Source: Anolis carolinensis (lineage: Eukaryota). Taken from it: 64,000 nucleotides of DNA. The notes under the pieces are model-generated. The model saw nothing but the letters and a program-made list of their open reading frames with translations. It did no database searches and was not told the DNA's origin. Where the stretch lies: positions 65,456,201 to 65,520,200 of the forward strand of contig NC_085843.1 of NCBI RefSeq assembly GCF_035594765.1, read 5' to 3'. Both the position numbers and the translations under genes were made by a program. Positions 12,951 to 25,756 of this stretch are shown one piece after another (within the stretch, counting starts at the first letter, position 1; the number at the start of each line of letters is the position of its first letter).

Positions 12951-13147
12951 CTCTTCCACTCCATACAATTATAGCCCTTTGATCCACTTTAATTACCATG
13001 GATATATCCTATGGAGTCCTGGGATTTGTAGTTTTGGGAGAGACTAGTACAGCCCATTGCCAGAGAATTTTAAATATTATAAATAATAGAACTCACAATG
13101 TTAAAATTAGATCAAAGTTTTATAACAATGTATTCTGAAAGAGACCC
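12951..13147. mobile_element. Degenerate Harbinger-type MITE
   Basis: CCACTTTAATTACCATGG..CTGGGATTTGTAGTTT core shared with the 37621 and 42470 copies. Confidence 0.5.
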
Positions 13148-13236
13148 AAGTGTACAATGGATGTTTCTTCTTTTAAGTTTCACAGAATTACATGTAATGG
13201 ATAGAATAAAAATAACTTATTTTTATTTTTAAGCAA

Positions 13237-13785
13237 CACTATTCAACGAAAAACCACTCGGTGTCTTGGGTTTTAGGCCTGTTCCTGAGGTTATCTGGAG
13301 TACTGATTCAGAAAATTGCATTGGGTAGACCACATCAGCTCGGATTTTTTAGGCATGTGCAAGCATGGCGAAATGGCAGGGGCAGCCATCACACGGGGAA
13401 ATGTCACCCAACCAAGTCAGAAGTGGCTGGATCCATTGGGAACCTTTCCATGTTGACAAGGAAGTGTCCTAGGATGCTTCCACACTGGTTGAGAGAGGGG
13501 CCCCTATTGGAAGTTGAGGGATATCATGTGATGGGCTGCATGCCAATCTGTCCCTCAACTGGCTTACAAGCATCCTAGGAGGCTTAAATTGGTAAGTGTG
13601 ATGAGGTCCATAGTTAGCATGGTTTTCTATGGGTGAGCAGATGGCAACTGGTAGAGGGCGTCTGTTCTGTATCTCAAAAAGTACAGCTGATAGGGAAAAC
13701 ACTGGTGCTATTTTTTAATCAGCAGGTCAGATATATTCAGAAATAGGACTAACATTTTAGGCACCAAAATGTGTGTTGACCAGTG
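13237..13785. mobile_element. Non-autonomous DNA transposon (Chapaev3-like), probably with a nested MITE at about 13380-13609
   Basis: Ends CACTATTCAAC / GTTGACCAGTG, flanked by CAA and TAA; subterminal imperfect inverted repeat (CTGATTCAGAAAAT / TTTTTTAATCAG); family name from recall. Confidence 0.6.
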
Positions 13786-14458
13786 TAACCAATCCTCATT
13801 CATTGATTACAAGTAAATGTCAGAAGAGCAGCAAGAGAAAAGACAGGCCATTTCATTCACCCATTCCAGGGCTGTCTCCTATCTTCCCCATTACTGTATT
13901 TGCTGTATGATCTTTCAAAACTAAGCAAAGAAAATATGGAAATGACTGGAGCTGAATTTTGGGCATATGGAAAATCGGCCTTCCCTCTCTCTGTCACCAC
14001 AAAAATAGACAAGATGGAATAGGAGAATTGCTGTAAATTATAGAAGCTGTCGAAGGATTGTAAGAGATTGTAGAATATAATCCCTGCTCACTTCCAATAA
14101 CTGGAACTTCTCAGTTGAAAAGTACGGTTTGCAGATTCCCACTAATCTCTTTTAAGGAAGCAGCATCTGAGAAACTGGATTTAATTTAAATGATGCTCCT
14201 GTCAGCATTCATAATTCTCCATATTTTGTAAAGGATCTCATCAACAATCTGTCAAAACAATCTAAAGAGAATGTAACTGATTATTTTGTACAGCATGTTT
14301 CTATAGGTAGATGCACTTTTCTTGTTGTTATAACTATTGTTTTTTGGCTCCTACTTCAAGAAAAATTCAGTAAATCAAGAATAGCTATTGAATTCTTAAA
14401 AGTTGCATGTTGGTCATAGTGGCTTTTTACTGAAGCAATGAAGGAGTAATCTTAATTA

Positions 14459-14915
14459 CAGTAGAGTCTCACTTATCCAACATAAATGGGTGAGTAGAAC
14501 ATTTGATAAATGAAAATATTGGATAATAAGGAGGGACTAAGGAAAAACCTATTAAACATTATGATTTTACAAATTAAGCACCAAAACATCATGTTTTGCA
14601 ACAAATCGACAGAAAAAGCAGTTCAAAACACAGTAACTTTATGTAGTAATTACTGTATTTATGAATTTAGCACCAAAACAGTGCAATGTATTGAAAACAT
14701 TGATTACAAAACATTGACTACTAAAAAACTGACTACAAATAAAGATAGAATTGCATAAAATAAACTAACAGTAACAACATTGTTGGAAGTTAGATCCGTA
14801 AAAAGTTCAGTCCTTGCTGCCTAGAGAAACGGCTGTGAATCTAGGTGGGAGGCAGACTGCGTTGGATAATCCAGAATGTTGCATTAGTGAAGGTTGGATA
14901 AGCGAGACTCTACTG
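14459..14915. mobile_element. Tc1/mariner (Tigger-like) MITE
   Basis: TIR CAGTAGAGTCTCACTTATCCAA / TTGGATAAGCGAGACTCTACTG; TA TSD on both sides. Confidence 0.92.
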
Positions 14916-15337
14916 TAATAAATAAATGTTACATCTTGCATTTCTGCTTTTAAAAAGCACTCAAGTTGCAAGAAATAGTAACAATTCAACTAAATACAAA
15001 TATAATCAGGTCACTAAAAGAACAGATAAGACACATGTTTAGAACATGTGAATGATACACGCTTTAAAATGCAGTAACAAGGATAAATTAGTAACGGGCT
15101 GAAGAGCATCTCTGGAATCTTTGTCTTCTTTGAATTAAAATGAAATGTTTACAGAGCAATGGACCGACAATGGCCTACATTCAATTGCTAATCCAAAATG
15201 TAGCAGACCCAATGATATTTATACTTGCCACACTGCTGTTTATTCAGTGGGTTTAGTCTGTTACGATATGTAAGAAGTTAATGTGTGTGTCAACTGCAAA
15301 ATAAGATGCATGAAGCTGATTGGTTGATTCATGTCTG

Positions 15338-15497
15338 NNNNNNNNNNNNNNNNNNNNNNNNNNNNNNNNNNNNNNNNNNNNNNNNNNNNNNNNNNNNNNN
15401 NNNNNNNNNNNNNNNNNNNNNNNNNNNNNNNNNNNNNNNNNNNNNNNNNNNNNNNNNNNNNNNNNNNNNNNNNNNNNNNNNNNNNNNNNNNNNNNNN
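15338..15497. other. Assembly gap
   Basis: Run of N. Confidence 1.
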
Positions 15498-16529
15498 TCT
15501 TCTTTGGCAAGGCAGTGTGTGTGGACTACACATTTTGATTTTTTCATTCCATAAGATAGTCTACCTGAAACTACAATGAAATGAAACAAATAATTTAGTG
15601 CTAAGAAATGCTGAATGTAAAGCCAAGAGCTTCTTTTTAAGTTTTAGATTTTTAAAAGAATTTTGAAAGTCGGATAAATTAAATTATAAAAATATTAATG
15701 CAGCTGGATCAATTTTACAGGTTATTGAGTGGGTTGGCCCTGTAACATTTGTCTGTCACTTAAACCTAGTATACAAGAATGAGTGGCCACCAGCCAGAAC
15801 ATGGACACTTTGCACAATGATTGAACTACCGATGTGTTAGAAATAAAGATCAAGTCCAGAGTCTTTTCCCACTGAGCTGAGTCCAAAAATATCCTGTTGA
15901 CTCACTCATAGGAAGCAAATTATGCCCACAGTTAGTTTTGTCTAACCAGTGCTGTTAAGTTATCTTTCAGACACTACATCAATCCCTTGGACTCCAGCCA
16001 TCACTTGTGCATCTTTCTTGGCTACAATCAACAAAAATTTGTTGTGGTGCTGTTGGTCAATCTTTGACTTCAGAATACAGAACATGGTGACTTGAAAGCC
16101 ATGACAAAACTATAAACAGATGTGATAGAATTTTGTTGCTTTTATTTATTGTAAAGTTATTGAATGGCACACTATCATCTTACTTGTGTTTAAGAGAGAG
16201 AAACGAGCTGTCTACATAATACTCAAGACTTCAGTAGAAAGATTGAAATAATAGCTTAAAGTCATTTGCTTGAATACACATTCTGACAAGGGCAGCAGTA
16301 AACAGTAATCAAGATAGTATTTCATAGAAAATACATTATAACTGGCATGATATTCTAATTGTAGAGAAGACACCACTTTGTCTTCTGTAACAACTGGGGC
16401 TGTTGAGAACTGTCAGGTCTTCACTCCATTATGGTGGCTATACTTTGCATATACATATTCTACACCTCCATTCTGTTGTTTCTAGGTACCTCATCATACT
16501 GATAGTATCCCCTCTTTTGTTCCATTTTG

Positions 16530-16922
16530 CTGGCAATCACAGGCAAAATGGAAGGCACATGTGGCACCATGCACCCTCCCTCTTTTCCTTGTTACATGGG
16601 GGCACTGGGACGAGGCATGTTGGCACCCTGTCTCTTCCCCCCATCAGACAGGGGAAAGTGTGGCAAAGCATGTTGCTATGTTGCCGTTTCCCCCATCAGA
16701 TGGGGGAAAGGGCCAAAACTGTGGGTAGCTACATCAGAGCTACCCAAAAGACGCATCGCTCACCATGGTTGGTGAGGAAGCTCCTTGCAAATGCTTCCTT
16801 GCCACTTCATCCATCAATGGGATAGGGCCACCGCCTGTGTCATATGATGGAATTCATCTTGATATGTCCCCAAAGAGAAGCCCCAGTTTGGTAAGGGGCC
16901 AAAAACCCCTCACGTGATGAAG
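16530..16922. mobile_element. GC-rich MITE-like repeat
   Basis: Two internal palindromes TTCCCCC(C)ATCAGA..GGGGAAA; ends GTGATGAAG like other Harbinger-type ends here. Confidence 0.4.
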
Positions 16923-17064
16923 TAGTAAGAATAAGTGTAAGTAAATGTTAAATAATTCACAATGGGACATAAAAGTCCCTAGAACTACATGCACATTAAT
17001 TAACATCTGAGGCAGAATAATTTGGAGCTGTAGTAGATATCCTAGTTTAAATATCAACAGAGTA

Positions 17065-17400
17065 TTTGATAGCTGTGAAAATTGCAAATTCCTCACTAGA
17101 TATTATTTGGAAGGGGAATTCATATAACACTGTAAGTATCATAATGCCCTTATGTAAATCTACTGCTCATTCACATTACAAAAAATATACAGAGGTCAGG
17201 TCTTCAACTGGGTATCGTACAACTGGTAAGACATGTATAGAAAAGTAATACAAATTATCTGAGGCTTACAGAAGTGCTCTCCAAATGAGGAAAAGCTCAT
17301 TGTTCATGGCTTTTCCATTTCTGGGACAAATGAGGTGGTGCCTGATATTTTAAAAAACTATGTGTGCTATGGAGAAACTGGATAGAAATTGTATATAATA
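17065..17400 (+). mobile_element. Old CR1 LINE fragment
   Basis: AVKIANSSLDIIWKG..IIMPLCKSTAHSH aligns with CR1 AAKKANGILACINRG..IMLPLYSALVRPH at 28480-28585. Confidence 0.65.
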
Positions 17401-17670
17401 ATAGAGAATAGGTATGCTATTTAATTTCGTAGTGACATTTAGAAGTTTCCTTTCTTGGTTAAACTTCTAAGTGACTCATTAAAATAGATTTCCTTAATCT
17501 AGCACTTCACACATATGTATTGGAACTATAACTCCCATCATCCCTAGTCGGTGTGACTATGATTCATGAGAGTTAGAGTTTAGACTGAAGAGCACCTGCT
17601 AAAGGAAGACTGCTTTAAAGGATAACACTTAAATCACAAACAAACTCTACAATCGGCAAACATTCCAGTA

Positions 17671-18215
17671 CAGGTTGTATCTCCCTTATTCAAAATGCTT
17701 GAGACCAGAAAATTCCAGATTTTTCAAAAACTTTATTTGTATATACATAATGAATAAGGAGTGAGGAAGGAGAGAGAGGTAGTCACACATCCAGTACCCA
17801 TAGTTTTTCGTAAAGGGTGGTCAATAAACTTTCTTGCTCTTTTAGCAAAGAAACGAGGAGGAGAGAGGAAAATCCTCCATGTTACCCCACTTGAATCATG
17901 TTCATTCTTTTTAGGCTGAATACAGGCAGAGGCCAATGTGGATGCCTCACATTTGCCTTCATGGCCTATTTCCAGGACACTCACCTCACCATTAGTCAGG
18001 AAGAAGATGTGCGGAAATGTGTGATGTCTACTTTTTACAGGGGGACTTGTGTAAGCAGAGTCTTCCCCTGTTCTCTTTCCCCCATCAGAGCTCCTTGAGG
18101 GGAAAATTAATGTAGACTGGATGTGTGAATAGCCCCCTTTACTCAAACACAGAAAAGTGCAGCTGCAAGAAGCTTTATATTTTAGGTTTCTGGATAAAAA
18201 AGACTTAACTCATAC
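17671..18215. mobile_element. Tigger-like MITE with a nested MITE (about 17780-18136)
   Basis: TA|CAGGTTG..CCCTTATTCAAAATGCTTG start; inner 13-bp perfect inverted repeat TCACACATCCAGT (17783) / ACTGGATGTGTGA (18116). Confidence 0.55.
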
Positions 18216-18657
18216 GGCTAAAATGTATAATCAAATCATTTCAGAAAAATAAAACAGTATACTGTACATATAAAAGTATCAGTAAAGAATAAAGAAATAA
18301 AAGCAGCTGTAAATTTAGACCATGAAAGAGTTGAAACCACAAGAACACATTGGTAAATAGCTTTTGAAACCATAAGAACACAGTTGTTCATATCTTCCAA
18401 GGATAGGATTTCCATGACATTGCAGTCATCGCTGATTGCAGAACCTGCTTGCGTTTTTCCACTTACTGGAAGCATGATATTGTTGCAAACCTGTCCTATA
18501 AGTTAACATTTTCAAAGACAGACTGTCTTTGAATATCTATGAAGGTCTGTTCGATAGACACAAGGCAGATGATTCTGCTGCTTCCCAATTTCACACCAGT
18601 GTTGTATTGCAATCATTTTCCTTTCTCAATGATTTTAGACCATGAGAACACATAACA

Positions 18658-19400
18658 ATATAATAATAATAAAAACTTTATTTATATTCTGCCCTATCTC
18701 CCGGAGGGGACTCAGGGCATATTCCAACAACAAAAAGGCAAACATTCAATGACTGAAACAACAATAAATACAAATACAATAATAAACCTACCGGAACCCA
18801 AAATAAACCAACATATACCACAATAAACCCACACATAACAAAATAAACCCACATATATGACCAAATTATAACACATACAACCTAAAATTAAATTAAATTT
18901 AACCTAAATTATATCAACATAAAAAGATGAACCCCAATTCATAGAAACCACTTAAGGTTCATTTGCAATAATGTTAAAATTAATTATATTACCAGTGATG
19001 TCAACAAGGCCAACCGGGCCTACAGAGCCACAGTATGAAAACAATTTCCAGTCGAAGTATCTTAGCTGTATATAGTCATCTAATCCTCCTCTTCTACATA
19101 GGCTAGTGAGCAAAGGTGGGTTTTTAATAGTTTTTTTTAAAGGAGAGAAGGAAGAGGGCCTTATCTCTTTAGGGAAGGAGTTCCAGAGGTGGGGGGCAAT
19201 CACGGAGAAGGACCTCTCTCTTGTTCCCACCAGCCATATTTGAGGCGTGGGTAGGACTGTGATCGCAGTGTCTGAGTTGGTTTGTAAAAGGAGAGGTGAT
19301 TTGTCAAATAGCCTGGGCCTAAACTTTTTAGAGCTTTAAAGGTAATGGCCAGCACTTTGTATCTAGCCCAGAAGCAGACCAGCAGCCAGTGGAAGCAGAC
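18658..19400 (-). mobile_element. L2 LINE 3' region (possibly two merged pieces)
   Basis: HWL..YKVLAITFKALKSLGPGYL and GTRERSFSVIAPHLWNSFPKEIR; L2 tail with (TTA)n at 18658-18720. Confidence 0.8.
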
Positions 19401-19872
19401 TGGCAGCCGCATCTCCTCTATGAACTGTTTTAATGTGTATTGATTATTCATTGTCATGACTTTTTTTATTAAAATATTCTGCAGTAATCATTTTAAAGGT
19501 TTAATTTAAGTTTATTTTTAATGATGTTATTAGCCATCTTAAGTGATATATTTTATTGTGGCAAAGTGATATTGAAATGATGATAGCTGTATCAATGCTG
19601 GTGGACTGGGTAGACCTTTGATCTTATACAGAAGATCTCTTCATATATTTTACCAGATTAGCAGAAATATAAGAATGCCAGAGGAGCATGGACTGTAGTC
19701 AAAATAGACATTGCATTATTGGCAACTTTCCTCTGTGCTAGACTCTCAATTTTGGCTTACCAATGTGAATTATGAACAGACTGCCCATCAGAATGGAGCA
19801 CAGAGCTTTAACATGTAAAATATAAAGTAATTACCGATATTTCCATTTGTTGTGCATACCAAATAATAAATA

Positions 19873-20629
19873 CAGTAAAACCCCGCTCGTTCGAGCCCCG
19901 CTCCTCCGAGCCTCCGTGCAATCCAAGCAGGCCATCCCCGTTCACCTGCTCGCTGGCGTGCGTGTTGCTAGGTAGATAACAAGCTACCTAGCAACATGCA
20001 AGGGGCACCTCCCAAGGGGCGATCGCCCCGTGCGTGTTGCTAGGTAGCTTGCTATCTACCTAGCAACACGCACGGCCGGCTCCTTCGCCACGCCGGGCGC
20101 CAGTGTTGCCGGCCCCGGCGTGACGAAGGAGCCGAGGCACAGGTGGGTGGGTGAACGGGGAGGACTTTTGCGGTCCTCCCTGTTCACCCACCTGCCGAAC
20201 GAAGGGGCTTTCCAAAAGGAGGGAGAGCCCCTTCATTCGGCGGGTGCTTCTTCCAAGCACCCGCCGAACGAAGGAGCTTTCTCCCTTTGGCGGAGGCTTG
20301 GAGCCAGGGAAGCGAGAGTCGCTTCCCTGGCTCCAGGCCTCCACCAAAGGAAGGGAGAGCCCCTTCATTCAGCGGGTGCTCCCAACCACGGGGAGGCCTC
20401 TCCGTGGGGACACAGGCTGGATCGGGAGGTGCTGCAAGCACCTCCTGATCCAGCTTTTGTCCCCACAGAGAGGTCTCCCTGCGGTTGGGACGAGGGCTGG
20501 ATCGGGAGGTGCTGCAAGCGCCTCCTGATCCAGCCTTCGTCCCCACGGAGAAGAAGCCTAGTAATCCGAGTTACCCGGTTGACCGAGCAGAGGTCCTCCC
20601 GTTTAACTCAGACTACCAGGGTTGTACTG
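19873..20629. mobile_element. CpG-rich TA-flanked non-autonomous Tc1/mariner-Tigger-like element with internal hairpins
   Basis: TA|CAGTAAAACCC ... GGGTTGTACTG|TA; abrupt GC/CpG rise exactly between these ends. Confidence 0.8.
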
Positions 20630-21106
20630 TAGTACTGAATTCTCACTGTAGCTTGTTTCAAATTTTCTACAATATGTCTTCTTCTCAGTCCCATTTAATA
20701 TCTTGGGTTAAGTAGACTATGATTCCATATCTAGGCCTTAGCCTCCTCCTGACTTTGCTTTACAGCTGATATGTAGAGGCTATTATGAATAAGATAGGTT
20801 CTGTAGGATTCTTGTTAAGTTGAATTTGCATGTAAGTCAGAATAGGTTGTTGAATTCTACTTTTAATTAGACTATTCAATTCTTGGTCACTGGTGACCTC
20901 ATTTCATTCAATAATTTATAATTATTTACAAGAATGGTAGCCTACAGCAAAGTTACTATAACTAGTATTTCCACTGCCTGGAAATTTTTCTTAAAATAAT
21001 GATATTGATTTCACCAAGTCCTGGCCAACTGTCAGAAAGACATTCAACTAAAGGAATAAACCCATTGGCCACTTGGAATTGTATAACCAATAGGGTGCCA
21101 TTACTA

Positions 21107-21524
21107 CCCTGTTTCCCCTAAAATAAGACATCCCCAGAAAATAAGACCTAGTAGAGGTTTTGCTGAATTGCTAAATATAAGGCCTCCCCTGAAAGTAAGA
21201 CCTAGCAAATTTTGTGTTTGGAAGCATGCCCGCCGAACAGAACACCAGAGCATGCAGGATCGGTAAATGTACCTACCATAAAGTGTTGTACATGGAAATA
21301 TTGGTAGTAACAAGAAATTCTTGATAGGATTCACAGTTTGTTTGGTTATGCTGGTTTGTGATGACAACTACTGTACAGTATATAATAAATGTTCATTTTT
21401 TGTTCAACAATAAAAGTGAATTCTTCTTCATGGAAAAATAAGACATCCCCTGACAATAAGACCTAGCGCATCTTTGGGAGCAAAAAATAATATAAGACAT
21501 TGTCTTATTTTCAGGGAAACACGG
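21107..21524. mobile_element. pogo/Tigger-like MITE
   Basis: TIR CCCTGTTTCCCCTAAAATAAGACA / TGTCTTATTTTCAGGGAAACACGG; TA TSD; repeated AAATAAGAC subterminal motifs. Confidence 0.9.
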
Positions 21525-21779
21525 TATAGTGAAATCAATCCTAAGTGCAGAACATAATTAACCCATATCATTCTTTAGCTTAAACAGCAATCAAAGTGAC
21601 TCTAATGTATTGAAGCTTATATGAACTACATTATAAATTTTAAAAATGGGGATTAATTTTACTTTTGTGAAGTAAGAATGCATGCTTGCATGTACTTTCA
21701 ACATTCTTATTTAGTATATGTTTGTATCGATATTGGAAACAGACAGATATGTACACACACACACTATTCTGCTTTCTAG

Positions 21780-22558
21780 TAGATTTGTGCATGAATTTGT
21801 TTTCAAAAATGGTCTTCGATTGATTCAGATGTAACGGTATGGGCATTCCACCCACCATTCTTTTTCAGTTGCAACAGAACAGTGGCTGTCAAAAACTGGC
21901 TGCTATTGGTTTATTTCAGTTACATGTGGAGTGAGGGGAGGGAGACAGCCACTAGAAGGGAAAGGATTGCAGGAAGCAGGCTTTCTCTCTTGATTTGGAG
22001 ACGGAATCAAAGTACGAGGGGGGAGGCATTCTAAGCAAGACGCTAGTTCTCCTTTCTGGCGTCTCCAAATAGAGATAGGAGGGAGGGCTTTTTAAAAGAA
22101 GCCCAGGATAGGATACCTCCAGGTCGATCCCTTTTCCTTCCCTGAGAAGCCCCCTTAAAATGTTTTGGAAAACTATCTTCTGTAAGGAGAGAGCTGCATG
22201 CACCCATACTCCTGTCTCCTCTAGAGTAGAAACAGCTTTAACGAAGCATATGATCCAAAAAGTGGGGTTTTTGCTCATGTCTAGTGGTTTCTTAAGCCTG
22301 TTGTCTGAAACCTAGGTCTCCCTGAAAGAAAGAAGGGAAATGATCACAGGAAGCAGGGTTTCTTAAGCTCTTGTCCTAAAAATGATGGAATGAGGAGCCT
22401 CATAAGTTCTCCATTGCCACCAAGAGGCCGGATCGAAAATGGATCTTTCGGTTGCCATAAAGGAAAACAGATTCTCACCCTGCCAAATTTTGGAAGTTTC
22501 CAAAACCAGATCGGGGACACCGAAAATGGATCGGGTTGAATCAAAATGCACAACCCCA
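21780..22558. mobile_element. Non-autonomous hAT (Ac-type TIR) element
   Basis: Ends TAGATTTGTGCAT / ATGCACAACCCCA; perfect 8-bp TSD CTTTCTAG at 21772-21779 and 22559-22566. Confidence 0.85.
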
Positions 22559-23613
22559 CTTTCTAGCTCTTTAAATGTAGCCTCCTGGGCTAAACCATGT
22601 AGATGCACAGCAAAATTGGCAATTATCTTATGGTATCTTTTAAATAACATCCTGATATTTCTGTCTCAGAAATGAACACAAACATATTTGTTCTTACCAA
22701 AATGAGCATAGCAAACATAATCACCTTTTTTGTCTACATGAATAAAAAATGAATACATCATTTTAGGGATTGCCTGCTCCCTTTTTCAAAGCAACAGAGC
22801 AACCTACAGCATCCACTGATATCTTTTTTCCCCTTCTGTTCTTCATCCCTGACCAAATGTGATGCCTTTTCTCTCTCTCTGGCAGGTAGAACACAAAAGG
22901 GGGCACCTGGCCATTAAGCATCCTAGCTAAGAAAATCTGTCTGCTATGAAGATTTGCTTTAAAATCTTGGAACAAAGAGAAGATTTGCTTAAGCATTAGG
23001 CATTCATTTTGAAATGTCCTTTTGTATGTCAGATTGCAGGGAAGAAAATTGCCTGGCAGATAAAATATGAAAATGGCTAGAGGAAGGGAGAGAGAACAGA
23101 GAAAGAGAGAAATGCCATCCAATCAGGTGTGAATGAATAAAAGCTTTGCTGTGCATGTCTTGCAGGTATAAAACTGAAAGACACTTTTCTGTGCCTTTTT
23201 TGGCCTCTTGTTTAAACACCTCTGGCTGACCTGATTGTGTCAAGTGCCCTTTGAATTCCTTTAATAATAGCTTTTCTTCTATAGCAGTGACTTCAAATGA
23301 GGGCAACATCAACCTTAGTCAGCATTATATTACTGATTCTGTATACTGCTCCTGTGCAATTCAGGGGGTCCCACCAAAAAGGACAGACAGACAGACATCC
23401 TCGAGATCAAGCTAAACTTATGCCATCAAGTTTTTTCTGACCTATAGCAATCCTTTCACAGAGTTTTCTTGGCAAGATTTGTTCATGGGGAGAGAGGGAA
23501 TATAACTTGCTGAAAATGCTGAAATGGTGTAATATTGGAGTCCACATAGTCCACCTTAGTAAAGACTGCATTGGCCTGGTTCAACCATCACTTCACCCTC
23601 CAAATTCCTAGGT

Positions 23614-23844
23614 CCGGGCTTTGGCGCAGGCGGGAGAGCAAGCCAGCTGCAATTAACTGCAATGAATCACTCTGACCAGGAGGTCATGAGTTCGAGGCCC
23701 GCTCGGAGCCTATGTTTGTTTGTCTTTGTTCTATGTTAAAAAGGCATTGAATATTTGCCTATATGTGTAATGTGATCCGCCCTGAGTCCCCTTCGGGGTG
23801 AGAAGGGTGGAATATAAATGCTGTAAATAAATAAATAAATAAAT
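23614..23844 (+). mobile_element. tRNA-derived SINE with L2-type tail (Anolis SINE2-like)
   Basis: A box TGGCGCAGGCGG, B box GAGTTCGAGGCCC, tail CCGCCCTGAGTCCCCTTCGGGGTGAGAAGGG shared with local L2 3' ends, (TAAA)n. Confidence 0.88.
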
Positions 23845-24617
23845 CTCTTCTAGACAGCCAAGGAGATCTGTGCAAGTGTCTGTCCATAGCCGTTCACATT
23901 CGTGATGTCAGAATGGGGACCCTGCATGACAACCAAGAAGGGGAGGGAGAGATTGACTCCCTGCCTTTTTCTAGTCATGCAGGGATTCTGTTCTCACACC
24001 ACAGATGTATCAATGATAGCCAGGTGCTTTGACACAGCCCTGAACAGGACAGGGAAAGTGTGATGATGCAGTGATAGTCTGGACAACAGGCTGAATTTGA
24101 CCCAATCCAGCTATCCAGACTGCTGTTATGCAGAGCCCCAGGATACTCCAAAATTTCTAACAAGTTCTGGAGTGTCTCCTGACTTTGCTTGAAATGAGAT
24201 TAAGTCTAAGTAAAGCAAGAAAACCCACGATACTCACTACAAGTTGGGATACATTGTGAAGATTGCCAATAGTGTATTCAAAGTGTGTCCCATATAGACT
24301 CACCCTTAGTATGCTTTAGCGTACAATATTCACACTACTTTCACTCTTCCACGCTCTAAAACTGAAAGAGATACACAACGGTTTGCCTTAAATATAATAA
24401 TTTAGCCTTAAATTGGAACACCTCTATTCACAGAGCAATATTCTCTGATGTTCAGTAAATAACACTAAATGCCTTTGTATTAAAAATTATTATTGTTTCT
24501 TGTTTCTTAAAGAAAAAAACAAACCTTAAGAATTAAAAAAAAAAACTTCCCATGCTTTTTGGACTGACATGGAAAAGAATTTTACTGACATTATTTTGCA
24601 TCCAAGGGTTGAAGAAA

Positions 24618-24990
24618 GTTAATAATAAACGGGTTGAGCATATATGCTACTTGTACACAAAATAGTTTTGCAAGAGAGGTTAAAAGTTCAAAGTTGAGTC
24701 TAAGTCTATAGTGCTTCACTGTTCTCTTTTAATTATCTGAGGTCAGGAAGTTAATAATACCAGAAATACCCACCAGAGACCTCTTGCTCACTAAATGAAC
24801 TTTAAACTTGTCCCTTTTTTCTAAAGGGTAAAAAGTTCAGCGAAAACACGATGGCATTCTCCTTTGGCCTGCACCAGTTGAACCACAAGGGTTAAGAGTT
24901 TAACTGTACAAGAGGAACCTTTGTTCGCTGAAGTAATTTCAAAAGTTCACTTATTAAAAGGTAAAGATTTCAAACAAAAGGTAAAGTCCA
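24618..24990. promoter_or_regulatory. Candidate enhancer: HNF1-like sites plus clustered nuclear-receptor direct repeats
   Basis: GTTAATAATAAAC (24618), GTTAATAATAC (24750), AGTTCA at 24685/24834/24944, TGAACT at 24796, AGGTCA at 24740, AAAGTCCA at 24983; motif evidence only. Confidence 0.4.
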
Positions 24991-25656
24991 ATGTGATTCT
25001 ATTCCACAAGGATGAAATATTGCAATAAAGGAAAGCCCTTTGATCTGTTATCGCATCATTCAGGAACGACTTTTGAAATGTATTTTTTTCTTTGTATTTT
25101 GAACTCTGGAAAATAAATGTCTCTTGAAAGCCAACTATACTAGTTAAACATCAACACTTGCATTGGTGAACTCTTTGTATTTTTCAAAGATGACCAATTT
25201 ATTTCACTGCATAAATGTGAAGGAGGATGTTCATTCTTCCATGTCTTGTGTTCCCATAATGCTATGAGATTTCAGTGACTATTTTTAAGTCACTTACTTG
25301 CAGAAGGTAAACATAGAATGAGTCTTTCCTAGATGCTATGTTTTCTAGAAGTACATTAGATGATGTGAATTCTGGAGTAATGAGAGCTTTTGGACAGAGA
25401 ACAGAAACAAAATCTTCAATGTATTATATATACTCTTGTATAGGTCTAGAATTTTAGTGAAAAATCCAATTCAAGAAACCCAGGTCAAATTATCCTTGGG
25501 TCTTATAAAAAGGGAACCACCCCCTTCTTTGAGTAGAGTGGCAAAAGGTGAGATTGTAGTCCATCCTGGGAGAACCTAAAAGAAGCAGTGACTACTTTTT
25601 CTGCTCCAATACCACTTCTAGCTTTTTTAAATGCATGGACAGGAAAAGAGTGGCAG

Positions 25657-25756
25657 CAGTGGTTCTCAACCTGTGAGTCCCCAGGTGTTTTGGCCTACAA
25701 CTACCAGAAATCCCAGTCAGTTTACCATCTGGGAGCCCATAGGTTTAGAACCACTG
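25657..25756. mobile_element. hAT (Charlie-like) MITE, internally deleted
   Basis: TIR CAGTGGTTCTCAACCT / AGGTTTAGAACCACTG. Confidence 0.8.

Noticed and set aside
15253-15589. ORFs spanning the first gap (and likewise 26249-26608)
   Set aside because: Artefacts of N runs
20398-20550. Repeated palindromic units resembling a CRISPR array
   Set aside because: Only two units, no unique spacers, no cas genes, vertebrate context
20060-20632. Several overlapping 100-170 aa ORFs and CpG-island-like composition
   Set aside because: Expected from GC-rich repeats inside a TA-flanked MITE; no domain and no splice structure
21952-22650. Two same-frame minus-strand ORFs with two PPSY motifs in CpG-enriched DNA, suggesting an endogenous viral gene or an exon
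   Set aside because: Most of it lies inside a hAT element defined by TIRs and a perfect CTTTCTAG TSD (21780-22558). The frame crosses the element boundary, has internal stops and shows no recognisable domain.
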